From NCBI GenBank assembly GCA_039621445.1, contig CP154954.1, forward strand, positions 12,952,716 to 13,016,715: a DNA stretch of 64,000 nucleotides. Reading direction: 5' to 3'. Under the pieces are notes generated by a model, which did no database searches, was not told the origin of the DNA, and saw nothing but the letters and a program-made list of their open reading frames with translations. Position 1 is the stretch's first letter. Each line of letters begins with the position of its first letter. Shown here piece by piece: positions 26,373 through 38,278 of this stretch. Origin of the DNA: Euglena gracilis (taxonomy: Eukaryota). The position numbers were made by a program, and so were the translations under genes.

Positions 26373-28353
26373 ACCCTAACCCTAAGTTGTACCCTAACCC
26401 TATTCCATCATTAACGGAAAAAAAATTTGACCCCCCCTCCCAACTATAGGCCCCCCCCTGGGGGGCCCTATGGTTGGGAGCTGCCAATTTTGACCCCCCT
26501 CCAAACTCTAGCCCCCCACCCCCTGGGGGGCCGGGCCCAGTAGTTGGGAGCTACCAAAATTTTTAGCTTTGGTCTCTGGACAGGCTGGATTTACCCCAGG
26601 GGAGGGGAGTCCAAGGCGAGGGAGAAGCATTCAGGATGCAGCAGCCTCGTAATCATGTGAAACTCTCCGTTCTGACACGTACTCACATAACGCAAGCAAG
26701 GGCTTGAACTGTGTCAAACCTTGGGGGTAGCAGCAACCACCACTGGCACGCTTCCAACTGCTGGTGGTGCCAGAAGGGGGATTTCGTTTGGTTATATGTA
26801 TTGTGTAGATGCGCATTTTCCAACTGACCAACATCTGCGCATTCACACCTTCCTTTCTACCAGAAGGGCAATCTCTAACAAATACACCCTCGATTTCTGC
26901 CCTCGTCCTCTTACACACACCGGACCAATTAGAACCTTCCAATTGGAAACAGATGCCACATCACCGGACCGTAGGCCCCACCCCACTCAAAACCACCCAT
27001 CACATCCATACCACCCCAATTATTTTCTCCAAAATCCCTCAATTGCTGCCCCGGCGGGGTGAAGGGGTTGGGCAGCGTCAACTGGAGGTCACCTCACATT
27101 CTAGGGTAGGGTTTTGGGGATCGGTTGGGCAGGCACCCCTGTCCGGTGCCCGGTCTTGTTTTCTTTACCCTTTTTGCAAAAACCAACCCGACCCGGGGTA
27201 CCCCGGGCTACCCCCCTCGGGTGGTGTGCCTGCTAGGGGCAGGCATCTTATGGCACTCACCCCCACTCCCCCCCTGTCGGTAAAAACAAAACCTCACAAG
27301 CACTTCAAGGTTCACAAGCACTTTTGTAGTTTATGGCCAATCTCATGCCACCATCCGAGGTATGTGCCTCTCCCGTGCACCCATAGTGCCAGTCGGTGCC
27401 CGCCAGCTGAGAAACAATGAAGAAAACCTTGTGATCCCTGCACCATTGTGTCGTGCAATGAATCACGTCATCAAAAGTTGTTCAGTTTTGGGGTTAACGG
27501 AATGTTGCTTTTGACATATTATTGTTTTTCTGTTGGGTTTTTTAATTCGGCAGCCCATTTTGCTCACTCATTTGTGAGTGTCCAGTGGTTTTTCCATGGC
27601 CAAAGAGTATTTAAAACGTCTATCAATCGATAGGAGGGAGCAGGTTTGGAGGGACACGTTTCATTTGAGATAGCTGCCTGTGCAGCCATCTCCCAGCCGG
27701 AGCATTGCTATGTGCTTCAGAAAGCAACTGTTTTGCTTCATCATATTTGCCCGACAATGGTGGATTTAACCTCATCCCACACTTGGACGGCATTTGCAAC
27801 GTTCCGTTCCATCCGCCCCCACCCCCACCTTTTCCCAGGCAAGCCATCCTCCCAACAAAATGCTCTCCTCTCTGTCGCTGCCCTGCGGTGCCGATGTGCG
27901 GGTTGAGTGGACGGGCTCCAGAGCGGCTCGGACGGCGTGCAGGCGATTGCCGTGTTTAGCCGAAGGTTGGGGTATCCTTCTGTGACAATCATGTCCCGAA
28001 TCGTAATCTTCCCTGGATGGGTATGCTTTTTATGATTGCATTGGATTGCATACAATTTGTAAATATAGGACAAAATAGTACGCAGGGTCGTCGACCATTG
28101 TTTTTGTATGGGTCTGCAGCACGCCGCTTCCACCAGAGAGTGATTTCCAGAAACAAATTCATATGCTCGCGCCAACAATCAGCGATTTTTTATTCATTAC
28201 TCGTCTTTTTTTCCCCTGGATATTTCATTCTTGAGGGGGTTGTGGTCGTTGGGTTATAGAGCCATCGTTGTTGCTATTTACCATTTGGCCCAGTCGGCCC
28301 TCTCAGTGCCAACCAGGGCCGATTTTGCCGATACTCGTAGGGCTGGTGGGGAA

Positions 28354-28611
28354 CAGGCTTCTTTATAAGTCACCTGACCCCCCCCCCCGGGTGAGGGGGG
28401 ATGGGTGGGTGGATCCGGGCCGGACCCCCCTGGGGGGGGGTCCCGCGCCGGAGGCGCCGGGTATTCCTTTTCGGGGCGAAGCGCCAAAATTTTTTGAAAA
28501 TTGCCTTTAGCGGGCCCGATTTTGGGGGGGTCCCCCCCCAGGGGGGGGTCCCACACCACCCTGGGTGGGTGGGGGGGGACCCCCCCCCCGGCGGTCTTAA
28601 AAAGAAGCCTG
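28354..28611. mobile_element. hAT-type MITE, present in copy B and absent from copy C
   Basis: TIR caggcttctttataag / cttaaaaagaagcctg; 8-bp TSD gtggggaa (28346, 28612); single gtggggaa at paralog 57937. Confidence 0.95.
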
Positions 28612-29925
28612 GTGGGGAAGCTGCCACACCGCGTGCACCTCGTGCAGCACCGCATGCGCCGCATGGCGCACCGTGTGCACCATGTACATTTTTTCCAGAA
28701 ATTCTCTGCATGAAATTACTCACTTGATTTTGCCGTACTGAAGCTGGAAAAACTGTGCTGGCTGGATCCCTTGGACCCGGCTGGCACCCGAAAGCTGGCA
28801 AAAAGGCCCAAATACACCTGCCTTGGGTTTTTTCCCGGCCAGTTTATTGAGGTGGAAATTTAAATAACGACAAAAAAGGGAATTTGACAATTTTTTTTGG
28901 CCGTTATGGACCTCTTTTAATCTTTTTTTTTTTGGTTCTGGCCAGTTTCGCTGCCCTGTGAAGATTTTATTGACACTCACCCTCACCACTCCCACTCACT
29001 TTTTGGGGGAGTGTCAGCCATCCGAATGGCAGTGTTCGCTGGAAAAAACGGTGCTGGCTCGGACTCCCCGGCAGGGGTGGCGGCAGGGGGGGTCCAGGCT
29101 GAAGTCATCAAAAAGTCAAGTAACTGAATTCATCGAATATTCAAAATATTGTGTGTCAAAGAGTAAAAAGTATGGCATATTCTGTGACAAAAATTCCCAG
29201 CCTTGACGATGAAAAATGTATGACATTGTTACAAGTATCATTGTGTGGTTTTGAATCATGATTATTTTGTATTGGCATACCCTCCTGAACCTCCGGCCAA
29301 TTAAGTGCCGGCTGGAACACCAAATTCAGAATGAACCATGGAACTGTTAGGAGCCGTGTAAGGGACCACATATGCACAGTGGCCTGGGGCTGCTGAAGCT
29401 CTTGCAGTCCCATCACCGCCAGTTGGCCATCCAAGTCGGCAGAGCTTTTGCTGATAACTAAGGTTCATTTATTACCATTTGAACCAATTGCCATAGTTAA
29501 GGTGCATTTACTAATATTTGAACTCCAAGCCTCCAAGCCAATACACCTTTGTTGGGTTTTATACCAATTTTAAAAATATTTTATAATTATTCTATGTTCC
29601 ATTTTTTTTTTCATATTCTGGCTTTATGTGCAATAACGTGTTGTTGTTGTTGTTGTTGTTGTTGGTTTTTTCTGTCTTTTTTTGCTGCATTTGGCCAGGC
29701 AAAAATGCATTCCAACAACGTGTGAAGTGTTCCATGAGTCATTCCCAAGTTAAAGCGCGCCCACCTCACTGTTCCATACCGACAAAGGCTCTTCAAGGAC
29801 GAAAGGACATCCCCACCGACGTCACCGTTCATGTCCGTTAGCCCCGGCCTCCATTCCCTGGCTGATATGTCCCGCTGCAGGGTTCTCCTACAATGTAAAA
29901 GAGTGGTTATGAGTTTTTTTGTCGT

Positions 29926-29958
<33 letters not shown>

Positions 29959-30947
29959 GTGTGTGCTTGAGTGTGTCTGTCTGTATATTGACAAGCATAA
30001 ATAATTTGGGCGTCCAAAGTCGGGGGACCTAAATTCACTTGATATGAGAGGGTGAGTTCTTGCCAACAATATCAGAACAATAAGAACTCAGAACAATAAT
30101 AAAAATTGTACCGTGTGTTTGCCAAAAGCAGGCTGCTATTCCAGTATGACCCTGTGCTCGCCTTGCACACCCCACTCCCTCCAGCCCCGCCAGCTCGGAC
30201 AGCAGTGTTGGGACCCACGGTCCATTCGGCAGGAGCCCTCCGCTCACCCCGGCGGTGACCACGCCACCCGTTCTTCCACGGTGGTCGTGTGGCTCTGTTG
30301 ATTGCCACCGACTTCGCCTTATCATGAAAACCACACAACTGCCGATACTGGAATTCTTGTCCAGCTGAAGAGGTGGAAGGATTCTGAATTTGAGAAATGG
30401 AAAGGCAATGTAAAATAACCTTATTTCTTTTGTGCTTCCGAGAGTATACCGTAAAGTGCTTGGTGGAGGTCTTAAATGCATTTTTTTCTGAGGTAATAAA
30501 TGTTGCATAACAATTGGTTATTTACAATATTGCTTGTGGCAGTATACGTTTTCAGTAACGAGAAGCCTTGTCTTCTTTTCTTTCACACTGTCAAGTGTTT
30601 TTCCTACAGTTTTTTTTTTGAATATTTTTTTTAGGCTCTCAATCAGGTGTAAGGTTTTGTCACCAGGGTGCAATTGTGTGTGCAAAACAGATGCTATTGC
30701 CGAATTGTATGCCATGCCACAGATAGCCCCGCTTCTTGAGGAGCCTCCCCATTTCACTGCAAAACCCTCCGACGAGGGTTACCCCACTGCATCACAGACA
30801 CACAACCAGGTTTGTTTCTGTGACAATCATGTCCCGAATCGTACAGTGTCCCCTGGGAATCTCTCTCTCTCTCTCTCCTCTCTTCTCAATCGGTGTTGCT
30901 GGGGGTTGCCGACCATGTGTGGGTGCGTGTGTTGTCAGTCTGTTGTT

Positions 30948-31020
30948 GCGGTTTCGCCCCAGGCTGGCAGGTCGGGTATCGTCAGGGGTGACGACCCTGC
31001 CGACCCTCGTCCCCGACCGC
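30948..31020 (-). ncRNA. Type III hammerhead ribozyme (intact core)
   Basis: Minus strand reads GCGG-UC|GGGGACGA-[GGGUCGGCAGGG]-UCGUCACCC-CUGACGA-U-ACCCG-[ACCUGCCAGCC]-UGGGGC-GAAA-CCGC. It has the CUGANGA and GAAA boxes, a GUC site and three stems. The base of stem II is imperfect. Confidence 0.85.
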
Positions 31021-31300
31021 TCTTGTATGTGTGGTGCAGACCGTTAAAAACGAGCTCTGCGCCACCCTCCCAGGGGGGGGGGGTCGGGGGGCTGAAAAAA
31101 ATAGCCCCCGGAAAACAAGGCAGCGCAGGACGGAAAAATGGCTCCGCTACCTACGGGGCACCCCCGGGAACAGCACCATTTGGGGAGGGCTAGTCAAGGC
31201 CCTTTTGGTGCGGAGAAAGACAAAATTGCCGAAAAATACGGACAGTACCCGAAGGCGAGAGCGTGATCGGTGTGGTGGGCGTGTGTTGTCAGTCCATGTT

Positions 31301-31373
31301 GCGGTTTCGCCCCAAGCGGGCAGGTGGGGCATCGTTACGGGTGAAGACCCTGCCAACCCTCGTCCCCAACCGC
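31301..31373 (-). ncRNA. Type III hammerhead ribozyme, degenerate core
   Basis: Same scaffold with perfect stem II GCCCC/GGGGC and a GUU site, but the core reads GUAACGA. Confidence 0.7.
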
Positions 31374-31470
31374 TCTTGTCTGGGTGTTGTCAGCCTGGGT
31401 GTGTTGGTTGCTGGATGGCTGGCTGGACTCCGAGGGTGGGGTCCCCTCCGGCTTTTAGGAAACCCTTGCA

Positions 31471-31519
31471 TACCCCAGTACCCCAGTACCCCAGTACCCC
31501 AGTACCCCAGTACCCCAGT
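31471..31519. repeat. (TACCCCAG)6 octamer repeat (also 61581-61629)
   Basis: Direct reading. Confidence 0.95.
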
Positions 31520-34500
31520 GACACTGTTCATTCATTCGTTTTGTTTGAGAAGTTGTAGTTGGTCCGTTTACAATTTCGGTGCCGTTCCACCCAGCAGGAT
31601 GGACAGCGAAGCGGCCTGCTGCTGATAGCCAGTCTCCCCATTCCCTCGGTGCCCATGCCACGCCTCTGCCAATCGCGACCCTTTGCTTTGTTCATGACCC
31701 ATATTCGTTCAACTGTCCCTGGTTTGAAGCCAAGAAAATTCTTCAATGTCTTTTCAGAGGAGCCTTGGAAGCACAATCCAGTCATTGTTTTTCTGCTTTT
31801 CAAGTTGTATTTGCCGTCTTCCAGCATCCCCCCAACCAGCAGTTTCTTATTTTGGCTTGCTGGATCCCCGGATTCTGAAACAGCCAGAGAATCAGCAATT
31901 CATCAATGGCTAGTTCATTTTGACAAACAATCAGAAACATGTTTGTAGAAGCGTTTTTCTTGTGGCCAACCAACCCACGACCCCCACACTCAAGAGAAGT
32001 TTGGCCAGCTATTTTTTTTGTTTCTAACGTCTTTTTACAACGAGTTGCATAGTCGTCAGGGCATTTCTTTTTCGTGTGTCGTAAATGTTATGGCGTAATG
32101 TACACCATTTTTTTTTCTCAAAAAGGAGTTTAAAGTCAATTCCTTCAGTATTATTTTTAGGTTTGCTTGGAAACCAATTTGCAAAAATTTTGTCATGTGG
32201 ATACCAGGGACTGCGCCAACGGACCCCGTGCCATATGCTGACGACCCATCCCAGCACCTTCCTCTCGGCCTGAGAATGGAACGCCAAGTAAAAACCCTGT
32301 GTTATCAGTGGGGTTTGTCACCAAAGACATTGGCTGAGCAATGTATAATTTAATAAGGGACAATCAAAAAAGGTTGGGCAATGGATGCTTTCCCACCCCA
32401 TTTGAAATGGTACATCTGATATACAAAAGGCTTTGGGTCAATATATTATATTTTTTTGCATGCAGCTGTTCTTCGTTTTCACATTGCACACTGTTCCCAT
32501 TCACAAACCTTAAACAATTTACACTGAAAACAGGAAAAAAGGTAGCTGTGCATTTCATGAGGCAAACGAAAGAACAAGCAGCATGTTTTCCACAATTTCA
32601 GCCGAAGGGATGGATTGCGCAAATGCGTTACACTGACCATGTGCACATTTGCACACACCATCCATTTGTGTACAGACCCCGAGGCAGGTAAAAGCGAAAA
32701 CGTTCATCAAAAATTCCAGGGGAGAAGCAGGAGAGAAACAATGGGTGTAGGGTGTGTGTAGGGGGGAGGGTTCCGGGACTGTCGTGCATACCAGGGATTT
32801 TGTGTCGTGCAGAAATAAAACAGCCAAAAAAAAAGAAATTCGGCCAAAGCTGTGGAGTGACAGCCCCAAAAAAAGAGAATTCGCTCAGATCTCTCGCAGT
32901 CATGATCCCCCTCGATCCAATTTCTCAAAGTTCTGGAATTCCTTGCGAAGAAATAAAATTCCGTTAGTGTATGTGTTTGCGCACACCAACCAAAAGAAGT
33001 TTATTTGTGAGTTATGCCGTCCAAGTCAGTGAAAAAAAGTGTACTCCTGGCATTTCACCCAGTTGTCAGTTCCAGGTTAAATCAATTTCAATTCAAAATC
33101 AGTTTCAATCAATTTCAGTCAGTTTGGCACCCACCCACCCACTGTCGGAAAGGGCTGTTATGGCCAATATGGCTTTGGCCTTTATATTCCAGTGGTTGGC
33201 CATTCCCATGTTTTCCCTCCACCGCTTTTCCACATCACGGCCTCGGTAGCCATACGGCCACCGTGCAGGCCATATTTTTTTTTTAGGTCACCCCTCCTGC
33301 TACAAGTTCACATGTGCTGCTTCTCTTTTCCAATCACTCACATTGTCCATCACCCTTTCTTTCTTATCTCCCCCCATTCTCTTTCTGACTTCTGTTTCTG
33401 ATTCTTTCTTTTTTATATTTTTTTGAATTATTTTAATGCCGGAAAAAAATAGAAAAACAACGTAAAAAAAATAAAAAACACAAAAAAAAAAAAACGTAAA
33501 CAACAAAAAAAAAAAAAAAAAAAAAAAGTCAGGGGGATTGGAAAATTGCGATTCTTTTTGGAAGAGCATTTGGAACGCCCCTCGCACAATCTCCCATCAA
33601 CAACTATCCCAGATGATTCTGGGCCTGTTTCATTGGAACTTGGTGCTCCAGATTGGCGGATGTGTTGCGAGTGTGTTATTTGGGCAGCCAGACAGACAGG
33701 CAGACAAAGACAGAAAGAGTGAGAGGGAGGGGATAGGTGGATAGGGGATAGGTGGGTCTGCCAGGGCTTTCGGGAATCCCCAAAACAAACCCCAATGGGT
33801 AATGGGCGGTGGGTGGGGTGGTCGATCCCTAGGGGGGGGGCTGCACAGGCAGGTGGGATGGTCGACCAGATAGGTGGTCGACAACCCACCCATCCAAGCC
33901 CGCAGAGAAAATTCTGACCTTAAAACCAGTATTATGGGAAGGCCTTGCAGGTATGGGGGGGGGGGCACAAGGCTCTTGGGGTCCCCTGCTGGAATGCGGG
34001 GTTTCGGCTATTTTTGGCACGAAAGACCGACTTTTTCTAACCCCCGAAATGTGGGGACCTGCTGGGAGAAACCCTGGGTCGGTGCGCCTGGCAGGGGGCA
34101 TGGGTACCTTCCCCTTGTCTCTGAAAAAATACCTGATTTATATGCAAGAAAGGGAGGCAGACAGAGACAGATATTGGTTGTTTCATGCATTGCATTTCAT
34201 TTTTATAATTTCAATGTAGTTATCCTCTGACACAAATTGACCAAATATTCCGGTACCTGGGGCATGTCATTTTCCAAACCTTTTTTTGCACCGTTGCTTT
34301 TTGACATTCGGGCAGTCACCGTGAAGAATCTCGATGTCTGCTGGGTGGGAGAGAAAAAGGAAGGTCTCCCCGCCCTGTTGCCATCACTCAGCGATTGTCG
34401 CAAAGTCCATTTTCAGTCCAGAGGATAGTTGAGAAGAACGGATAGCTCCGGTTGCCACAGTATTTTTTTTATATTTAAGTTAAAACAGGCGCAATGAACC

Positions 34501-37500
34501 TGATGGGTGCAGCAGAGCAGGAGCACACCACGCCGCGGACCAGTTGCCTGGAGCCCTTTCGCGAACCCGCCCAAATTATTTTAGAACCCCCGCGTGATAG
34601 CTGACCTTCAACCTGCCGGCCAGTATCAGCCCACAAGACAAGGAGCCTGGCTTCTGATTCTGTAACGTATAATTCATATATGACGTCAAACTCCCACATT
34701 TAATTTGGAGTGGTTGTTTCCTAGACATGAATGAATTGAAGCACAGACCCATATCTGAGCAAAGAATTTTTTTGCCTTCTTTGTATTTTTGCAAAAAAAG
34801 ATTCAGCGGCATGTGTCAGGGATTGGTGCTCATACCGAAAGAGATAATTACGGAAGATTACGGATAACTACGGATAAGCCAATTTTTTTGGTTGTTGAAG
34901 CCAATTTTTGGAATTGTGGGCCATTTTTCGCTGCTGCTTCTGGGTATTTTGAGCACTTTTTGACTGCTACTGGCTGCTTTTTGGGCAATTTTGGCCTCCT
35001 TTAGCAGGTTTTTTGTCACTTTTGGCCACTTCTGACTGCTTTTGGTTGCCTTTGGCCATTTTTATCTGTTTCTGACTGTTTTGCCGCTTCCCATTTTTAG
35101 CCCATATTTGGCCATTTCTGGCTGTTTGGTCATTTGGATTCTTTTTGACTAGGTTTAGCTTTTTGTGCTTTTGGGGGGGGTGTTTTACTACTTCTGGCTG
35201 CTTCTAGTTCCTTTTAACTGATTTAGTCACTTTCAGTGATATTTTCCTTATTGTACGCATTTGTGAGGCGATGTTAGGAGCCATTTCTGGGTGGATGTCC
35301 CCAGTCAGCACAGGCATTGTTGCAATTTTGAATAATTACGGATAATTGCGGAGAGCAACGAATGTTTCCCCATGCTCTTATATTCGTCCTAATGCCCATC
35401 TCTTAATAGCAATGCGAGGCTTGCAGCCGTCACTCAGTCTCCGCTAAGATTCCGTGCCCTGGTAGCCATTGTATTGCCGTACCCGCGCCAGGTATGCAAG
35501 GTGTAAACAGCCTATCGGCTCATGACCCATCTCTGTTCACTCCCCTCGTTGTTTGACGAGGTGTCTCTCGCATTCCAAGCAGGGCGTCGCTTAAGCCTAA
35601 GGGCACCTCATCCCCGGGTGGGATGGTCCACCAGCCAGCTGCCTTTTTCCAGCCTACCCCCCTATCGAGGGGTTTGATTTACTTTGCACTTAGACGGCCT
35701 AACTTGCACTTCAGGTTTTGATCTTTGCATTGCGCCTAAGCGCAATGTTTGCAATCTTTTAAAACGGCAGTGAAACCCATCCTTTTGACCCTTTGGCCCC
35801 ACGGAGACCCTCCATGGTGACAGCTGCATCATTTGCCGATGTTGGGACCCATGGAACAGGGCCAATTTTGGTGTTTTTCAGCCTGTTCACCGTTTTAAAA
35901 TAAGGTTCAAGACCCAGTATTTGAACTCCGGGACACGTGAATATTCCCAAAAAAAAGTCCCAAAACCCCATTGCGAGTTCCTCTTTTTTGAAGCCTTGTT
36001 TGTGTTCCCAGACGGTGCTACACAGGCCGGGTGAAATTTGGCCCCTTTTTAGGTGCGATATGTCTGTGAAGGGTTGACTGCTAAGGCATCCAGAGAGTGG
36101 ACTCTGCAAACACATTGTGAACAGTTGGCACCATAGAAACACAATTTTTAAAATTCTAATGCAGCGTGGCTGTAGCGCCGATGCGCAATGTTGACCCAAT
36201 TTCAAGACAATGTGATTGAGAGTTTCCTTCCACCTGTCCTAAGTTTTGTCCTCTGTCCCCTCTGGTGTTCATGAATGCGACCGTTGAACGGACACGAACT
36301 GAAAACACATGTTGACGCATATGTTTTTGTTATTGTGCAAGTGCGCAATGATCAGCCACATGTATAATTACAAAAAAAAATAAACATCACGTAGGGTGTA
36401 CGGACACATTAATTCGGATTGTACTGAACCTCAGGCCTAGATGTTCCAAAACAGGCCTGTTTGGGACATCGGCGAAATTTTTCAGTCATTTTCAAAATTT
36501 TTCAAAGCTAATTTTGTACCCCAGCCCTGGGGGTACAGCTAGAAACTAATTCGGACTGTCCTCAACCTCAGGATTTGGTGTACCAAAACAGACCTTTTTG
36601 GGAAATTGCGCATCAGCGAAATTTCCAGTCATTTTCAAAGCTAACTGCGAGTTAGGCCGCCTAAGTTGCAGCCCCAGAAGGAAAGCTTGACGGTGAAATA
36701 TTCTTTTTTTTGAGGGGCACAAACGGACCAAATAACGCGCTAAAACGGCCGGAAAAATTCCTGGCGAGCGCAATATTTGAGTCAAAAATTGATTTTTTTT
36801 ATACATATTTGGCCTTTTGGACAAGTGTTTTTTGAAGTTTCGACTTTTTTTTTTCTGCCCAGTTCGACCCTGGCCGCCCAAATTTTCCAGCCACCTGGGC
36901 GCTGGGGGGAGGGTCCTCGAGCGATGTCCTGTTTCCAAATTTCTGTTTTTGTAAGCCTCAGCTCCTGTGGCGATTCATAAGTCTTCCTGAATGCGATACT
37001 CCAACATGGCAACTGTCCGAATGTGTCCAACTCCTAGGCTGAGGGGGAGGGTGGATGGGACCACGGAATGCTTCCCTCATCCCAGGGGTCAAATGTATTT
37101 TCTATTTGTTAAATCACGGGATATACTGAGTCAATGTTCTGATTATTTTTTTTTTGATCTGATCATTCTTGGACAAACTTTTTTTTTAAAGGGTATTTTC
37201 AAGCCTTTCTGTTTTCATTCAGAACTCCTGGCGCATTTTTTTCCTCCGCCCAGGTTCTGGGGGGAAAAAGCTTCTGGTTATTAGCTGGTTTGATATCAAA
37301 GTTTAATGGGTACGTGTGATAATAGAAGGAAGTTTTTACAAATTTCGTCATTTGCGACATCGATGGAAATTTTGAGCCGTAATTCACATCCTTCAAAAGA
37401 GAAACTCGCATCCTTCCACAAAAAAAGGTCCATAAGCACGACTTCTGGCATTTTGAAAACACGCTGATTCTGGACATGTGGAATTTATTTGGTGAAAAAT

Positions 37501-38194
37501 CCAAAAGCGCAAAAAAACATGCCGAAAAGTTTGGTCTCAAATGAAATCTGGTCCAGGATGGGGAGTTTTTTTTATTTTTTAAGTAAAAAAAAGCTTAAAA
37601 AAGCTCAATAATCGCCAAATTTTGTCAAAAATTGTAAATACTGGAAATTTCGGCAAAACTGCAACAAATTAACAAAAAAATCACCTCGGTTCCCTTGTGG
37701 AACGTTCAAGGAATTGCCGGAATTCATTGTAGAACGGAAAAAAAATTGCGAAAAATTGAACAAAAATTGCGAAAATTGTGGACAACGGCGACAAAGAACA
37801 AAAAAAAATATTGGATATATATTGGATATTGGATATATAAATATTGGATATCAATCCCCCCCAACTGTCAATCGCATTTATTTTTGGGGAATCTCGTAAT
37901 TGAAGCGTCATATCGTTTGGGGGGTAATTGAAGGGTCAATACCTTGGGGTCCACAGACCAGTGAAGGGAAGGGGAGCCCATAACGGGGAAAACTTCGCCA
38001 TATCCTCTCTTCCTCTGGGACCTGGTCCCGTGCCAGGGGGCAACCTTAGGGGGGCCAAATTTGTGCTTTTAGAATTTTGGTGCGCTAGTTGCAAAAGAAG
38101 CCAAAAACGTTAAACACAAGGAGCCAAACTTTAGGGCGGGGGGAAAGATGATGGGTGATGAAGAGGTTGGGAGGGGTGGCAAACGCCTGGTGGG

Positions 38195-38196
<2 letters not shown>

Positions 38197-38276
<80 letters not shown>
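38197..38276. repeat. (TA)n microsatellite
   Basis: Direct reading. Confidence 0.95.

Positions 38277-38278
<2 letters not shown>

Noticed and set aside
31471-31519. Regular repeats as a possible CRISPR array (also 1370-1490, 51985-52200)
   Set aside because: Pure tandem repeats without unique spacers; no cas genes; eukaryotic context.
35680-36300. Copy-B-specific insert with an LFHGS peptide suggesting a PARP-like domain
   Set aside because: Single short motif; no other PARP motifs in any frame I checked.
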